A DNA stretch of 64,000 nt from Octopus bimaculoides (lineage: Eukaryota), in assembly GCF_001194135.2 (NCBI RefSeq), contig NC_069005.1, positions 21,330,495 to 21,394,494 on the forward strand, read 5' to 3'. Positions 51,081 to 63,065 of this stretch are shown here, one piece after another. The notes beneath the pieces were generated by a model that had not been told where the DNA came from, made no database searches, and saw only the letters and a program-made list of their open reading frames with translations. Made by a program: the position numbers and the translations under genes. Position 1 is the stretch's first letter. Each line of letters opens with the position of its first letter.

Positions 51081-51503
51081 GAATGGACAACAGAGCAGAA
51101 AGTGATAAGTGCAGAATCTGTGGACAAAACAGTGAAACCGTATGGCATATTACCAGCCATTGTATGCCACTAGCCCAGAAGGAATATAAGAGACGCCATG
51201 ACAATATAGCCAGGCTTGTCCATTGGACACTTTGCAACAAGTATGGACTTGACAGAGTAAAACATTGGTACGACTACAAACCTGAAGGCATCGTCGAAAA
51301 TAGAAATGCGAAGATCCTATGCGATTTTATGATTCAGTGCTGGATCATAGATATAGCATGCCCAGCTGACAACAAGGTATGCAATAAGGAAGAAAGAAAA
51401 GTCGAGAGATATGACAGGTTAGCTTGGGAAGTTAAGCAGTTGTGGTCAGTGAAAAAAAGTAGCAGTAGTACCAATAATTGTCGGAGCCCTGAGAACAGTG
51501 AGC
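51081..51503 (+). mobile_element. 5'-truncated R4/Dong-clade non-LTR retrotransposon (CCHC knuckle plus restriction-like endonuclease region)
   Basis: CRICGQNSETVWHITSHC..LAQKEYKRRHDNIARLVHWTLC...WYDYKPEGIVENRNAKILCDF..IIDIACPAD..KE..KVERYDRL. Directly preceded by (TAA)n at 51063-51080. The 3' end lies in an N gap. Confidence 0.85.
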
Positions 51504-52135
51504 ANNNNNNNNNNNNNNNNNNNNNNNNNNNNNNNNNNNNNNNNNNNNNNNNNNNNNNNNNNNNNNNNNNNNNNNNNNNNNNNNNNNNNNNNNNNNNNNN
51601 NNNNNNNNNNNNNNNNNNNNNNNNNNNNNNNNNNNNNNNNNNNNNNNNNNNNNNNNNNNNNNNNNNNNNNNNNNNNNNNNNNNNNNNNNNNNNNNNNNNN
51701 NNNNNNNNNNNNNNNNNNNNNNNNNNNNNNNNNNNNNNNNNNNNNNNNNNNNNNNNNNNNNNNNNNNNNNNNNNNNNNNNNNNNNNNNNNNNNNNNNNNN
51801 NNNNNNNNNNNNNNNNNNNNNNNNNNNNNNNNNNNNNNNNNNNNNNNNNNNNNNNNNNNNNNNNNNNNNNNNNNNNNNNNNNNNNNNNNNNNNCTTCCTC
51901 CTCCCCCTCCACCTCCCCCCTGCTTTACCTGCTTCACCTTTTCCTTCCCTCCTCCTTATAGTTGTCATTATTTTTATTAAGGCTTCCTGTTGGCAGACCA
52001 AATGCTTTGGGTCATCAGATGAAATGCCTAGCAACATTTCTTCTGGCTAATTATGTTCTGAGTTCAAGTTTCACCCTCTCAGGGTGCATAAAATAAATTG
52101 CTGTCTTTGTGCTAAAATTAGAAAGAATTATTATT

Positions 52136-52167
<32 letters not shown>

Positions 52168-53219
52168 GGCTCTGAGCAGGGGCAAAATCATTAGTGCATC
52201 AGACAGGATGCTTAGCACCATTTCCTCAGATTCTTTCATTCTGAGTTCAAATTCTGTCACGGTCAACTTTGCCTTTCATCCATTCAGGGTCAATAAAATG
52301 AGTACCAGTTAAACACTGGGGCGTTCATGTAATCAACTAACCCCATCCCCCCTTAAAACTGCTGTCCTTGTGCTAAAAATTTGATACTAGTATTTTTTTA
52401 TTGTTATTGTTATTACTATTATCATTATAGTCATTATTGTTGATGTGGTGGTGGTAGTGGTGGTGGTTATTATATATGTATAGAGTTCTGAACTTAACTC
52501 AGTTTTCAGTCAATGTGCTCCATCTTTTATGAGTTGAACATATTTGTTTGCTTTGTTCTCATTGAAGAATGTCATTTAAAAGTAGGTTGGTTAGCTATAT
52601 TTAAGTAGTTGCTATGCTTTCCATAAAAAAAATTAAAAAAAGGGAATGTTTGTAGACTATTACTTTCAGACTAAGGGATTATTGTTACTAGTTTTGTTTT
52701 TAATTTTTGCTTTTAAAGATTAGTTTATATGTAGTTAGCTGTTGTTTTCTTTATCTCATTTTTATTTTTCTGCTGTCTCTGTGTTTCTGAGTCTGATGTT
52801 TTTTATTCTCTCTGTCCCAACACACACAAACACATGCACGCACACACACATACACACACACCTTGTATATATATTTCAATACACAAAGTTCATGAATAGT
52901 TAAGCTATCTGTCACTAATTTCTTTCCTAAAAGACCAACTACATATAAATAGACGTATGCAAGACAGGATTGGAGTATAGATATAAACTATTTAATTTCA
53001 GAAGCCATAAGATTAGCAATAAATATAAGAATGTTTATCAATTGCAAGTTGGTATCAAATGCTTCACAAACTGAAAGGAACTTTTGTTTCCAATGAAAAT
53101 GAAAGTTATAGTGATTACTCGTGGTTATAAACCATCTCCATTGTTGTCGTTATTATCTTAATCAACATCAAAGTTGTTGATATTGTTGTTGTTATCTTTT
53201 GATGTAACATACCATTCTC

Positions 53220-53752
53220 TTTTACTCTTTTACTTGTTTCAGTCATTTGACTGTGGCCATGCTGGAGCACCGCCTTTTAGTCGAGCTAATCGACCTCGGG
53301 ACTTATTCTTTGGAAGCCTAGTACTTATTCTATCGGTCTCTTTTGCCAAACCATTAAGTTACGGGGACGTAAACACACCAGCATCGGTTGTCAAGCGATG
53401 TTGGGGGGACAAACACAGACATACAAACATATACACACGCATACATATATATATATATATANNNNNNNNNNNNNNNNNNNNNNNNNNNNNNNNNNNNNNN
53501 NNNNNNNNNNNNNNNNNNNNNNNNNNNNNNNNNNNNNNNNNNNNNNNNNNNNNNNNNNNNNNNNNNNNNNNNNNNNNNNNNNNNNNNNNNNNNNNNNNNN
53601 NNNNNNNNNNNNNNNNNNNNNNNNNNNNNNNNNNNNNNNNNNNNNNNNNNNNNNNNNNNNNNNNNNNNNNNNNNNNNNNNNNNNNNNNNNNNNNNNNNNN
53701 NNNNNNNNNCATGTGGTTGGTAAGCAAGCTACTTACCACACAGCCACTCCTA
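53220..53752 (-). mobile_element. SINE A, minus strand (N gap inside its microsatellite)
   Basis: Reverse complement of 60058-60455. Other minus copies at about 286-433, 6345-6762, 17165-17572, 28351-28765, 33885-34010, 36493-36870 and 49860-50030. Confidence 0.85.
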
Positions 53753-54371
53753 CACACATTGCTGCTTTTATTTTCCCATGATGCAATAGTTTAGCTAGAA
53801 ATGCACACTAATCTCTTTAGCTTGTCCTGATTTTTGATAATTTTCTTCAATTAAAACATGGTTTTGTTTTTGGAATCTGGAATATGTCATCTTGTTAAAA
53901 GAATAACACCCAGCTAATATAAATAAATATATAAACAAACAAGTAAATATATAAGACAAAGATACTTACTGTACATTTCATTTTATCTGTATTTACTGAG
54001 TGAAAATATTCCAGCTAAACCACTTGTGTTTCAATATGATTTGCTATTTCTTTTTGCCTTTTTAAAAAAATTTTTTTTTTTTTTGGTGACAATTAATCTG
54101 TCACTCAGTTTAACTTAGTGCTTTTAGCAGAGCCTACACTTCTGCAAGTATTCAAACCAAGTTTCAGGTCTTAGGATAATTTCCTCCCTTCCTTCCACCC
54201 AACTGTTTTTAGTGACCCTGAAAAATGTCATAGACACCATCCTTTTCCCCTCTGACTAAGCCATAACAAAAACACACACATACACACACATTCCATGAAT
54301 TTTTTCCAGATTGTCATGCTGATAATTTCGCTATTTCTGAAAAGAATGAAATAGTGCTATACATGACTATT

Positions 54372-54613
54372 ATGTTCTTTATTGCCCACAAGGGGCTAAA
54401 CATAGAGGGGACAAACAAGGACAGACGAACGGATTAAGTCGATTACATCGACCCCAGTGCGTAACTGGTACTTAATTTATCGACCCCGAAAGGATGAAAG
54501 ACAAAGTCGACCTCGGCGGAATTTGAACTCAGAACGTAACAGCAGACGAAATACCGCTAAGCATTTCGCCCGGCATGCTAACGATTCTGCCAGCTCGCCG
54601 CCTTTAATATGAC
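54372..54613 (-). mobile_element. SINE B (head aaggcggcgagctggcagaa; central gcctttcatcctttcggggtcgataaattaagtacc)
   Basis: 12-bp TSD tacatgactatt (54360-71, 54614-25). Further copies at about 15352-15590(-), 19922-20155(-), 29310-29540(+), 49465-49700(-), 62020-62160(+) and 62652-62897(-). Confidence 0.85.
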
Positions 54614-55956
54614 TACATGACTATTGCCAACTTGAAATTCATAATAAGTAAAGAAAAATGAAAAAAAGTATATGAATTCTATGCATCTTTTCAATTTATC
54701 CAGCCATTCACTTTCTCTGCCCACTATTCCTGGTGGTGTCATGGAGACAGAATTCTCAGGCACCTCTTCCATACGGTCCTATCAGAAGCAATCATCATTA
54801 CACTTTCCAGTTGCATTCCTAAGTGTGACCAACTGAATTTTAAATTCAAATTTCTAATGCTTCCAAATATTATGAAGAAAGGATTATTTCCCTTGTACTT
54901 GCTGCTACCACTAGGGGAACCACATGTATTTGCAAAAATGTATTTCAAAACTTTAATCGTTCAGTCACTGTCTCCATTGCTATCACCATCTCATATTCTC
55001 TCTTTGTTTGGTAGTTTGTGTTGCTTTTTTTTTCTCATTGTCCATTACTTCATTCTAAATCTAGCATTAGGTCTTTTATCTCATAACACTGTCCATGCCT
55101 TTCTCATAAAGGGGGGAATGTAATTTTATGAGACATGGCAAATCTAGAAGTGTAGCTTCTTGGAAATAAAGCTGATATTTCATTAGTATACAGATAACTT
55201 TCAAATGTAGGAAAACAAGTATTTTTAGACTACTGGTGCAATAAATACAGTTAGATAACTCTCTGGATACTAATTCTTGAATATTTCCATCAGAATCAAG
55301 AAAGATTGCTTCTGAAGCAATACCAATAGTTGTAGTAGTAATGGTAGTGATTGCGATATGTTCACTTTAATGATATTTAATCTAATCTAAAAACAAAAAA
55401 TAAACAATCCTATCGCTCAAGCCTGTATTGCATTTACTGATTGGATTCATCAGCTAGTGTTGTTTATTCTGTCATTTGGTATTTTGCATTATTTCCACTG
55501 TTTTCTCTCTGTCTGTTATGGAAATCTATTGGAAAGGTTCCTTTTACATTGTTGTCATCATCTTCAACATTTATTTTGAAATGTAATAATGGTTTCAAAT
55601 TTTGCTACAATGGCAGCAATTTCAGGGGGAGGGGATGAGTTGATTACATCGACTCCAGTGTTCAACTGGTGCTTATTTTATTGACCCTGAAAAGATTAAA
55701 GGCAAAGTCGACCTTGGCAGAATTTGAACTCTGAACGTAGCAATAGGTGAAATACTACTAAGCATTTCATCCAGCATGCTAACGATTCTGCCAGCTCACT
55801 GCCTTTTTTTTTTTATTTTAAATGTAATAATAGAAACCCATGCCAGCAATAGTTGATCAAAGGCATTCTTCCCATGACCATCCCATCTTTTATTAAAACT
55901 ATATCTAAAACTGTTATCCAATGTATCCTACATTTTTAAACATAATAGGAGGTGAT

Positions 55957-56529
55957 TTAACCCTTTAGCAGTGAAGGCGCACGGCTTAGTGGTTAGGGCA
56001 TTCAACTCACAATCATAAAGTCGTGAGTTCGATTCCTGGTGATGCATTGTCTCCTTGAGCAAGACACTTTATTTCACGTTGCTCCAGTCCACTCAGCTGG
56101 CAAAAATGAGCAGTACATGTATTTCAAAGGGCCGGCCTTGTCACGCTATGTGTCACACTGAGTCTCTCTGAGAACTACGTTAGGGGTACACATGTCTGTG
56201 GATTGCTCAGTCACTTTCATGTTAATTTCATGAGCAGGCTGTTCCGTTGATCGTATCAGCTGGGACCCTCGCCGTCGTAACCGACGGAGTGCTCCTTCCT
56301 TCTAACCCTTTAGCATTCAGATTACTCTGTCAAATGTAATGCTTATTTATTCACATTGTTTTCAGTTAATCAAGTATTATCTTGTAGCTTTAAGATTTTG
56401 ATGATGTGATTGTTTATTTTTAAAATGATTTTGTAAGGCAGGTATGAGAGGCTGAATGTAGCTAGTTTGAACATAAAACTGGTAGAATATTTAGGCTGGA
56501 TATGGATAGTTTAAATGCTAAAGGATTAA
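55957..56529. mobile_element. piggyBac-like MITE P1 with SINE C2 inserted in the TIR
   Basis: TTAA at 55957 and 56526; 13-bp duplication taaccctttagca at 55958-70 and 56303-15. Confidence 0.8.
55971..56302 (+). mobile_element. SINE C2 (head and body shared with SINE E, 3' ~175 bp shared with SINE C)
   Basis: Body cttgagcaagacactttatttcacgttgctccagtccactcagc as in the 35000-35344 copy; tail gagaactacgtt...ccgacggagtgc as in SINE C. Confidence 0.8.
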
Positions 56530-57022
56530 GGGAGATTTAGTTGTTGTTAGGGCCTGTGAAGACCATGTATACAACCTCTTTCACCTAACCAAATCAAACT
56601 GATGGAAATTCATCTTTTCAGTTCTTTCAGTTCTAGTATTTAATGAAAAATCACCTTTTTCTAAATGACTTTTTCACCTTCACTTCTTTTATGACATTAG
56701 CATAAAATTAGGAAAATCTCTACCTATTTGTTGAGATTTTTAATAAATGTCATTATCGTTATAATTTTGTTGACCATTTTTCCATGCTTGCATGGACCAG
56801 ATGAAATTTATTGAGGTAGATTTTCTACAATTGGATGCCCTTCCCAGTGCCAACTATGGTAGAAGTATAATCAATTTATTGCACATAATTTTTTTTCAAA
56901 TGATTGTCAGCTTTATATACCTTTACAAAATTATTTTTCGATTCTTTCATTACTTGTTAATATTTCTGTTTTAATTTACCTTTAATGCATCTGTTTTATA
57001 TTTTCTTTTAAATCATTGACAG

Positions 57023-58982
57023 AAATATTCATCAGAGAAAATAATGGATATTTGTGTGAAAAACGTATTTTCAGTCAAAACTAGAGACTACGAAAAATGT
57101 TTCGAATTGCAACCTTCACTGAATTTTGACCAGAATTTTCCACTGTTAGACATGCCAGATGAATTACTTAACAATGAGAATAAAAACTCGTTAGATGCTT
57201 TTGAAAACCCTGCTGTTGAGTATTCAGGAAATAATTCTCATATTCCATCCAAGAGATCATGTTCCTCCAAAGAATTTGATCTCAGTTTCCAAAGATCTTT
57301 TGTGTCTGCTCGTCAGTTAAGCCAGTCAGTCAATGATTCCGTGAAATCTGAAGTTGTACAGAGAGAAAATATAAGTGGGGAAGATTTTGTTGTTCCAACT
57401 TGTAACCTAAATGAAAATCTGTATGGAGATCTAGATGGTGAGTCATTGAAAGATAATGACAGGTCCAGCAACCAGTCTTCAGTTGAGGCTGGAAATCTTT
57501 CTGAGAGTAATTACAAGTCTGTTGAAAATATTGAAAGTAATAAAAAACACCAAATAAAATCAGAAAAGATAAAACCAATGTTTGGTAATCAAACAAAAAA
57601 GATTCTTAAGCTCAAAGATAATAATAAATCATCCAAAAATAGTGGCAATATTGAAGAAATAAATGGTAAACAAGTAGCAAAAACCAATACTGCAAGTCCG
57701 CTTAGTAATAAATCTTCTCTAAAAGAGAACTCTGGAGACAATCAGGATAAACTTCACTGCAAAGCTAAAAGCCATGTTATTCATAAAACAAGCTCTCTGC
57801 AGATGCCAAGCAAGAATAAAAACCAAAATCCTTCTAAGAAAAGCAAATCTTCTAAATCTAAACAAGAAAACAATGGATCTTGTAAGAATGTTTGTGAAGT
57901 TCCAAATTTTGAACAGTCTAATAATAATAATAGTAATAATTTTGCATCTGGCAATTTGAAAGAAAATGAAGAAAGTGAAAATGACAGTGTTTCTAATAAG
58001 GTAAAAGAAAAAAATTCTAAAAAAGTTCCACCTCTTAAAATCTCTGCTATAAATTCTGAGATTCATGGAAATTTTCCAAAATTTAAATCTGATTTAACAG
58101 AGAAATATGTGAAAGAAAATAAGAAACAAAAAAGAATGAAGTCTAAGAATACATCTTCAAACAGTTCTAATGATACACCAGCTTCTTCTGATGTTAGAAA
58201 AACCTTTTCGATGGTTGTCAGTGAGCAAATTGCTGAGTCTAATAGTAATATGATTACAGAAAGGGAGACAGTTATTAAAAAGCTTGAAAATTATAAGATT
58301 CCATTGAAGTCTAAAACAGCTGACAAGAAAAAAACTGAGAGAAAGGATGAAAAAGAGAATAATGGAAATATATCTAATGAGAAAGGTCCGGCTATTGTGT
58401 CACCTACATTTGCTGACATGAATAGTATGAATAAGCCAAGCAAAGATGACTCTGTTGACACAGATGATGAAGATAGCATTTCAGATCTTTTCCAGAAAGA
58501 AAATATTTATGAAACTTTGGAAAATATTAACAACTCAAAACAGAATGAACAGATATCGATTGCAAGAAAGATTGGTCTTCCTACAAGTGATTCTGAAAAC
58601 AGTGTTGCTATTGAAAAACCAGTCAAAAGTAAACCTAAACTGAAATCTAAATCTGACAAACACGATAAAAATAAATCAAAGTCAATAAAGCACAAGGAAA
58701 AAGATTCAGCATCTAATAAAACACTTCATCTTAAACAGAGTACTCATCAGTCTCCAGACTCATCAGCTAAAAAGATATCATCAAAAAAAATTAAACATTC
58801 ATCTAAGGCAACTGAAGGCATTTCTTGCAAAAAGTCCAAAGCTCCTGATATATTTGATAAAAAGCAGGTTAAAGACAGCACTTTGGCTGTTTCTAAAAAG
58901 AAAAGAACACATATTGACAAAAACACTGAAAACATCAAGCTCAAAAAAGCAGATTTTAAAACAAAGTCTTTTAAGAAAAATA
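57023..58982 (+). CDS. Large coding exon (1,960 nt) of an unidentified host gene; Lys/Ser/Asn/Glu-rich low-complexity, probably disordered nuclear protein
   Basis: The only long stop-free non-repeat ORF (57044-59044, 666 aa) in very AT-rich DNA. Pyrimidine tract plus acceptor ttttcttttaaatcattgacAG ends at 57022, and the frame is open from 57023 (KYSSEKI-MDICVK). Consensus donor A|GTAAGT at 58983, after which the ORF runs into (TA)n. ATG 57044 has A at -3 and G at +4, so it could be the start. Basic clusters (KKQKRMK, KKKRTH, KKIKH) are NLS-like. No recognisable folded domain. Confidence 0.85.
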
Positions 58983-59183
58983 GTAAGTATATATATATAT
59001 ATACACATTATTCATTTACCTATCTTCAAGCAGTTGAATGCTAAGTAAACTCTTCATGTCTTTTATGCAAAAATTTCCAATCCTCAGTCAACTATCAGCT
59101 TTCTCTAAAATGTTTTGTAGTGACACTGTGTAACAAAATTAAAAAATTTTTTTTTGTTTTGGTCAGTGTTATTTCCTACTTGC

Positions 59184-59568
59184 TTGTTGTTGGCACTCCA
59201 TCGCTTACGACGTCGAGGGTTCCAGTTGTTCCGATCAACGGAACAGCCTGCTCGTGAAATTAACGTGCAAGTGGCTGAGCACTCCACAGACACCTGTACC
59301 CTTAATGTAGTTCTTGGGGATATTCAGCTTGAGACAGTGTGACAAGGCTGACCCTTTGAATTACAGGCACAACAGAAACAGAAAGTAAGAGTGAGAGAAA
59401 GTTGTGGTGAAAGAGTACAGCAGGGTTCGCTACCATCACCTGCCGGAGCCTCGTGGAGCTTTAGGTGTTTTCGCTCAATAAACACTCTCAACGCCCGGTC
59501 TGGGAATCGAAACGCGATTCTATGACCGCGAGTCCGCTGCCCTAACCATTGGGCCATTGCGCCTCCAC
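59184..59568 (-). mobile_element. SINE C, inserted 60 bp inside a MITE-B left end (59124-59183)
   Basis: Reverse complement of 23577-23956. Flanks ...ttcctacttgctt | ctatcta continue the MITE-B sequence. Confidence 0.85.
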
Positions 59569-60057
59569 CTATCTAACTGTAGCAGAAGCACAACCAACAG
59601 CAGAACATATGAGAATGAGTAACACCATCAACCATGATCCTGTAGCGATGAAATCAATTGTGTCCCTTTTTATTTTAATTGCAACACATAGAAAAAAATG
59701 GATGAGTCCACATAAAACTTATATATGTCATGTGACTGGTGGTTTTTAATTATTTAAACAAACATACAACATTTATTATATATTCATTAGGAGTTCAATA
59801 CACGGTACATTCTTTCAGGGTTGATAAAATAAGTACCAGTCAAGCACTGAGGTCAATGTAATTGACTTACTCCCTCTCCTGAAGTTGCTAGTCTTGTGCC
59901 AAAATTTGAAATTAGTAATTAAATGAAGATTTCCAGTATTAATATTAAGCCATAAATTTATTTTGTTGGATTACAAATGACTCAATCTAGTTCACTCCAT
60001 ATTTTGTACTTGGTACATAGCTTATTGACTCTCATAGGATGAAAGACAAACTTAATC

Positions 60058-60455
60058 CCAGGAATGGCTGTGTGGTAAGTAGCTTGCTTACCAACCACAT
60101 GGTTCCGGATTCCGTGTTCAGTCCCACTGCGTGGCATCTTGGGCAAGTGTCTTCTACTATAGTCTCGGGCCGACCAAAGCCTTGTGAGTGGATTTGGTAG
60201 ACGTAAACTGAAAGAAGCCCGTCGTATATATGTATATATATATGTGTGTGTTTGTGTGTCTGTGTTTGTCCCCCTAGCATTGCGTGACAACAAATGCTGG
60301 TGTGTTTATGTCCCTGTAACTTAGCGGTTCGGCAAAAGAGACCGATAGAATAAGTACCAGGCTTACAAAGAATAAGTCCTGGGGTCGATTTGCTCGACTA
60401 AAGGCGGTGCTCCAGCATGGCCGCAGTCAAATGACTGAAACAAGTAAAAGAGAGA
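60058..60455 (+). mobile_element. SINE A (tRNA-like head, internal (TA)n(TG)n, tail ending gaaacaagtaaaagag)
   Basis: Box A-like TGGCTGTGTGGT and box B-like GGTTCAGTCCC. Other + copies at about 13455-13650, 15845-16040, 25238-25655, 34383-34829, 38783-39150 and 434-650 (tail half). Confidence 0.85.
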
Positions 60456-60907
60456 GAGATCTAGAACTCATATTGGAAGAACATGAAGTACTCGGAGGCA
60501 TTAGATCCTCTTGCAACTACGAAAATAACAAGCAAAAAGAACCCAAAAGTGGTTATTTTCTTGATGCTATTATGTTTGTAAATAGAATTAAAATATGCAA
60601 GATCATATGTCATGTATAACAAAAGGAATCTTCTTTTAACAAGTGTTTGGTTGATAACAAGAACCATTGTCTTATAATTGTATGTTGCTCCAACTAGATG
60701 CTAAAGTTCAAATTAATGAAAGTCATTTCAGCTCAGGAAAATACTTGCATGTTGAAAATGGATATGAAGCAAATGTATGAAACAAAAAATTGACTTAAAA
60801 CAATTAAGAAAAGAAATTTGATTGACGTCTTTCTTAGTAACACAACATTGTATAATGAATTAATTAATCAATTGTTTTTCCAATTTATATATATTTTTTT
60901 TTATCAG

Positions 60908-60922
60908 ATGGTTTTGCTGCAG
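60908..60922 (+). CDS. Candidate 15-nt symmetric (phase 1-1) microexon, adding N-G-F-A-A after the large exon
   Basis: A T-run acceptor tttttttttATCAG is followed by ATGGTTTTGCTGCAG and then donor CAG|GTAATT. Length is 3n, the phase matches the phase-1 end of the upstream exon, and there is no stop. No transcript evidence. Confidence 0.5.
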
Positions 60923-61655
60923 GTAATTTTAATTTAGTATTTCAAAAAATATTATTTGAATTTATGTCTGTACTGGTATTGTATTAAAAATTAAGTGCTA
61001 TTGTTATTGATCTGTAGATTCCAATAGCAGCATTTGACTTGTACATTAACTATTATGTATAAATAAAGAATGTGGTTTGATGTGGTTTTGAAATAGGAAA
61101 TACATGGTGTAGCCATGTACTTACTAATATAGGTTTGAATTTATTGTTTGAACTGCTTTTAGAATCTATGAGAACTGGTGTATAGGGTTTCATACTTGAA
61201 TAAATTTAATTTTTAGAATGTTTAACTTTCTAAAAGTATTCTACTTCCCTTGAAGAGATTGGTAGATTAATCAAAAATAGAACAATTTAAGTAAGAAGTA
61301 CACTTCCTTCTTGTTGATTCTGACATCTATATATGGAAATATTGATTTACTTCAATAAAATGCTATATGCTGATGATATAAAAGATCTGTGCAATTTTTG
61401 AAGAAAGAGCTTATCTTAATAAAACGAAGAAAGGAAAGAAAGATGCAAATTTTGCCTATTTGAAAAGGCAAATGAATCAAAACATTTTGTCTAAATTTAT
61501 CTTATGTGAAAGTTCAGAATATGTTATATTGAACCACAAACTTCTATCACTCACGAACAAAGATGCTGATATTGTATTCAGTTGGACAGTGTATAACTTT
61601 ATTATTTAGCGTCATTGATCATTATTTAATGTCATTGGTGGTAATATTGACTGCA

Positions 61656-61834
61656 TTAACCCTTTCAATACCAACCCAGCTGAAACTAGCTCTGTAGTAA
61701 AAATGTTTTGTTTTCATAAGTTTTGAATTAAAATGTTCAAACCTTAGTCACAATAAGTTATTTTACTAAATTCTTTGTTATAATTGAAAGAAACAAAGAG
61801 CATCTCAAAATAAATACGGTAACGAAAGGGTTAA
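61656..61834. mobile_element. piggyBac-like MITE P2
   Basis: TTAA|CCCTTTCAATACC...GGTAACGAAAGGG|TTAA. Confidence 0.75.
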
Positions 61835-62171
61835 ATATTGCAATTATTTTTATGTCTAAAATTCATTGTAGCTACAAGAATTTTCAAGAGTTGTTAACAT
61901 TTCATTAGCACTGAAATTATTCAATTTGTCTAAGCAAAATTAAATAAAACAGCAAACTGCATCAGTGTTAAATATTGATCTATGTGGATACATGTTTATT
62001 ATTAATGATATTATATTCAAGGCAGTGAGCTGGCAGAACTGTTAGCACACCAGGCAAAATGCTTAGCTGCATTCTTCATGTTCTGAGTTCAAATTCTGCT
62101 CAGGCTGACTTTGCCTTTCATCCTTTTGGGGGTCAATAAAATAAGTACCAGTCAAACTGGTACTTACTTTA

Positions 62172-62506
62172 TTATATATATGGTGGTTGTCTACTCCTTA
62201 AACAGAGTTTGACCACCTCCTGCACCTACACCTTACCCCTTTCATGGCGTCTGATGTGGCTTTTTAAACCAGACAGTGTTTTGAAAAAACACCCACACAG
62301 ATTGCACCTCTGATTTGCACTACCAATACCTGCAAGTAAGTTCTGCTCATTGTGGATCCTAACATGTCTTTTAAGACCCCCATTGGATTTGCAAACCCTC
62401 TGGCACACACCACATTCAAACGTGTGCACAGACATATAATCAGAATAGCTGGATGAGGTTTGTTTTCCATGGGTTCGCAGGTGAGATTTGAGGCCAGCCA
62501 AGGACA

Positions 62507-62571
<65 letters not shown>

Positions 62572-63065
62572 ATTTAGATGTCGCTGGCACCAAACATGTG
62601 ACCCCAAGCCACATATGCTTTTGCTGCCCTTTGAATTTGCAGCTGTATTTCTTATTTCTTTATTGTCCACAAGGGGCTAAACATAGAGGGGACAAACAAG
62701 GACAGACTAAGGGATTAAGTTGATTAGATCGACTCCAGTGCGTAACTAGTACTTAATTTATCAACCCAGAAAGGATGAAAGGCAAAGTGGACCTCGGCGG
62801 AATCTGAACTCGGAACATAATGGCAGACTAAATACCGCTAGGCATTTCGCCCAGCGTGCTAACATTTCTGCCAGCTCGCCACCTTTAAGCCTATTTCTGC
62901 AGCTGTATTTCCGTATCAAGATTTCTATCATTTTGAACAGAGGCCCTGTTTAAAGGTGCAATGATGAATTCCAGCATTGCAAATGCAGGCAAAACACTTG
63001 CTGGCCACAGTTTCATAGTCTCTGTTGCAGCTGTTCATGTCACATCTTACAGCCTTTACAGTTTA
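62172..63065 (-). mobile_element. RTE-type LINE 3' end with C2H2 zinc-finger tail, interrupted by (TA)n (62510-62565) and SINE B (62652-62897)
   Basis: Reads ...LAGLKSHLRTH, FECGVCQRVCKSNGGLKRHVRIH, CNLCGCFFKTLSGLKSHIRRH. Upstream RTE motif at 62990-63065. The SINE is flanked by a 14-bp TSD tgcagctgtatttc (62638-51, 62898-911). Confidence 0.75.

Noticed and set aside
57330-59008. Antisense and alternate-frame ORFs overlapping the large exon
   Set aside because: These are expected shadow ORFs of an A-rich coding strand, with no independent signals.
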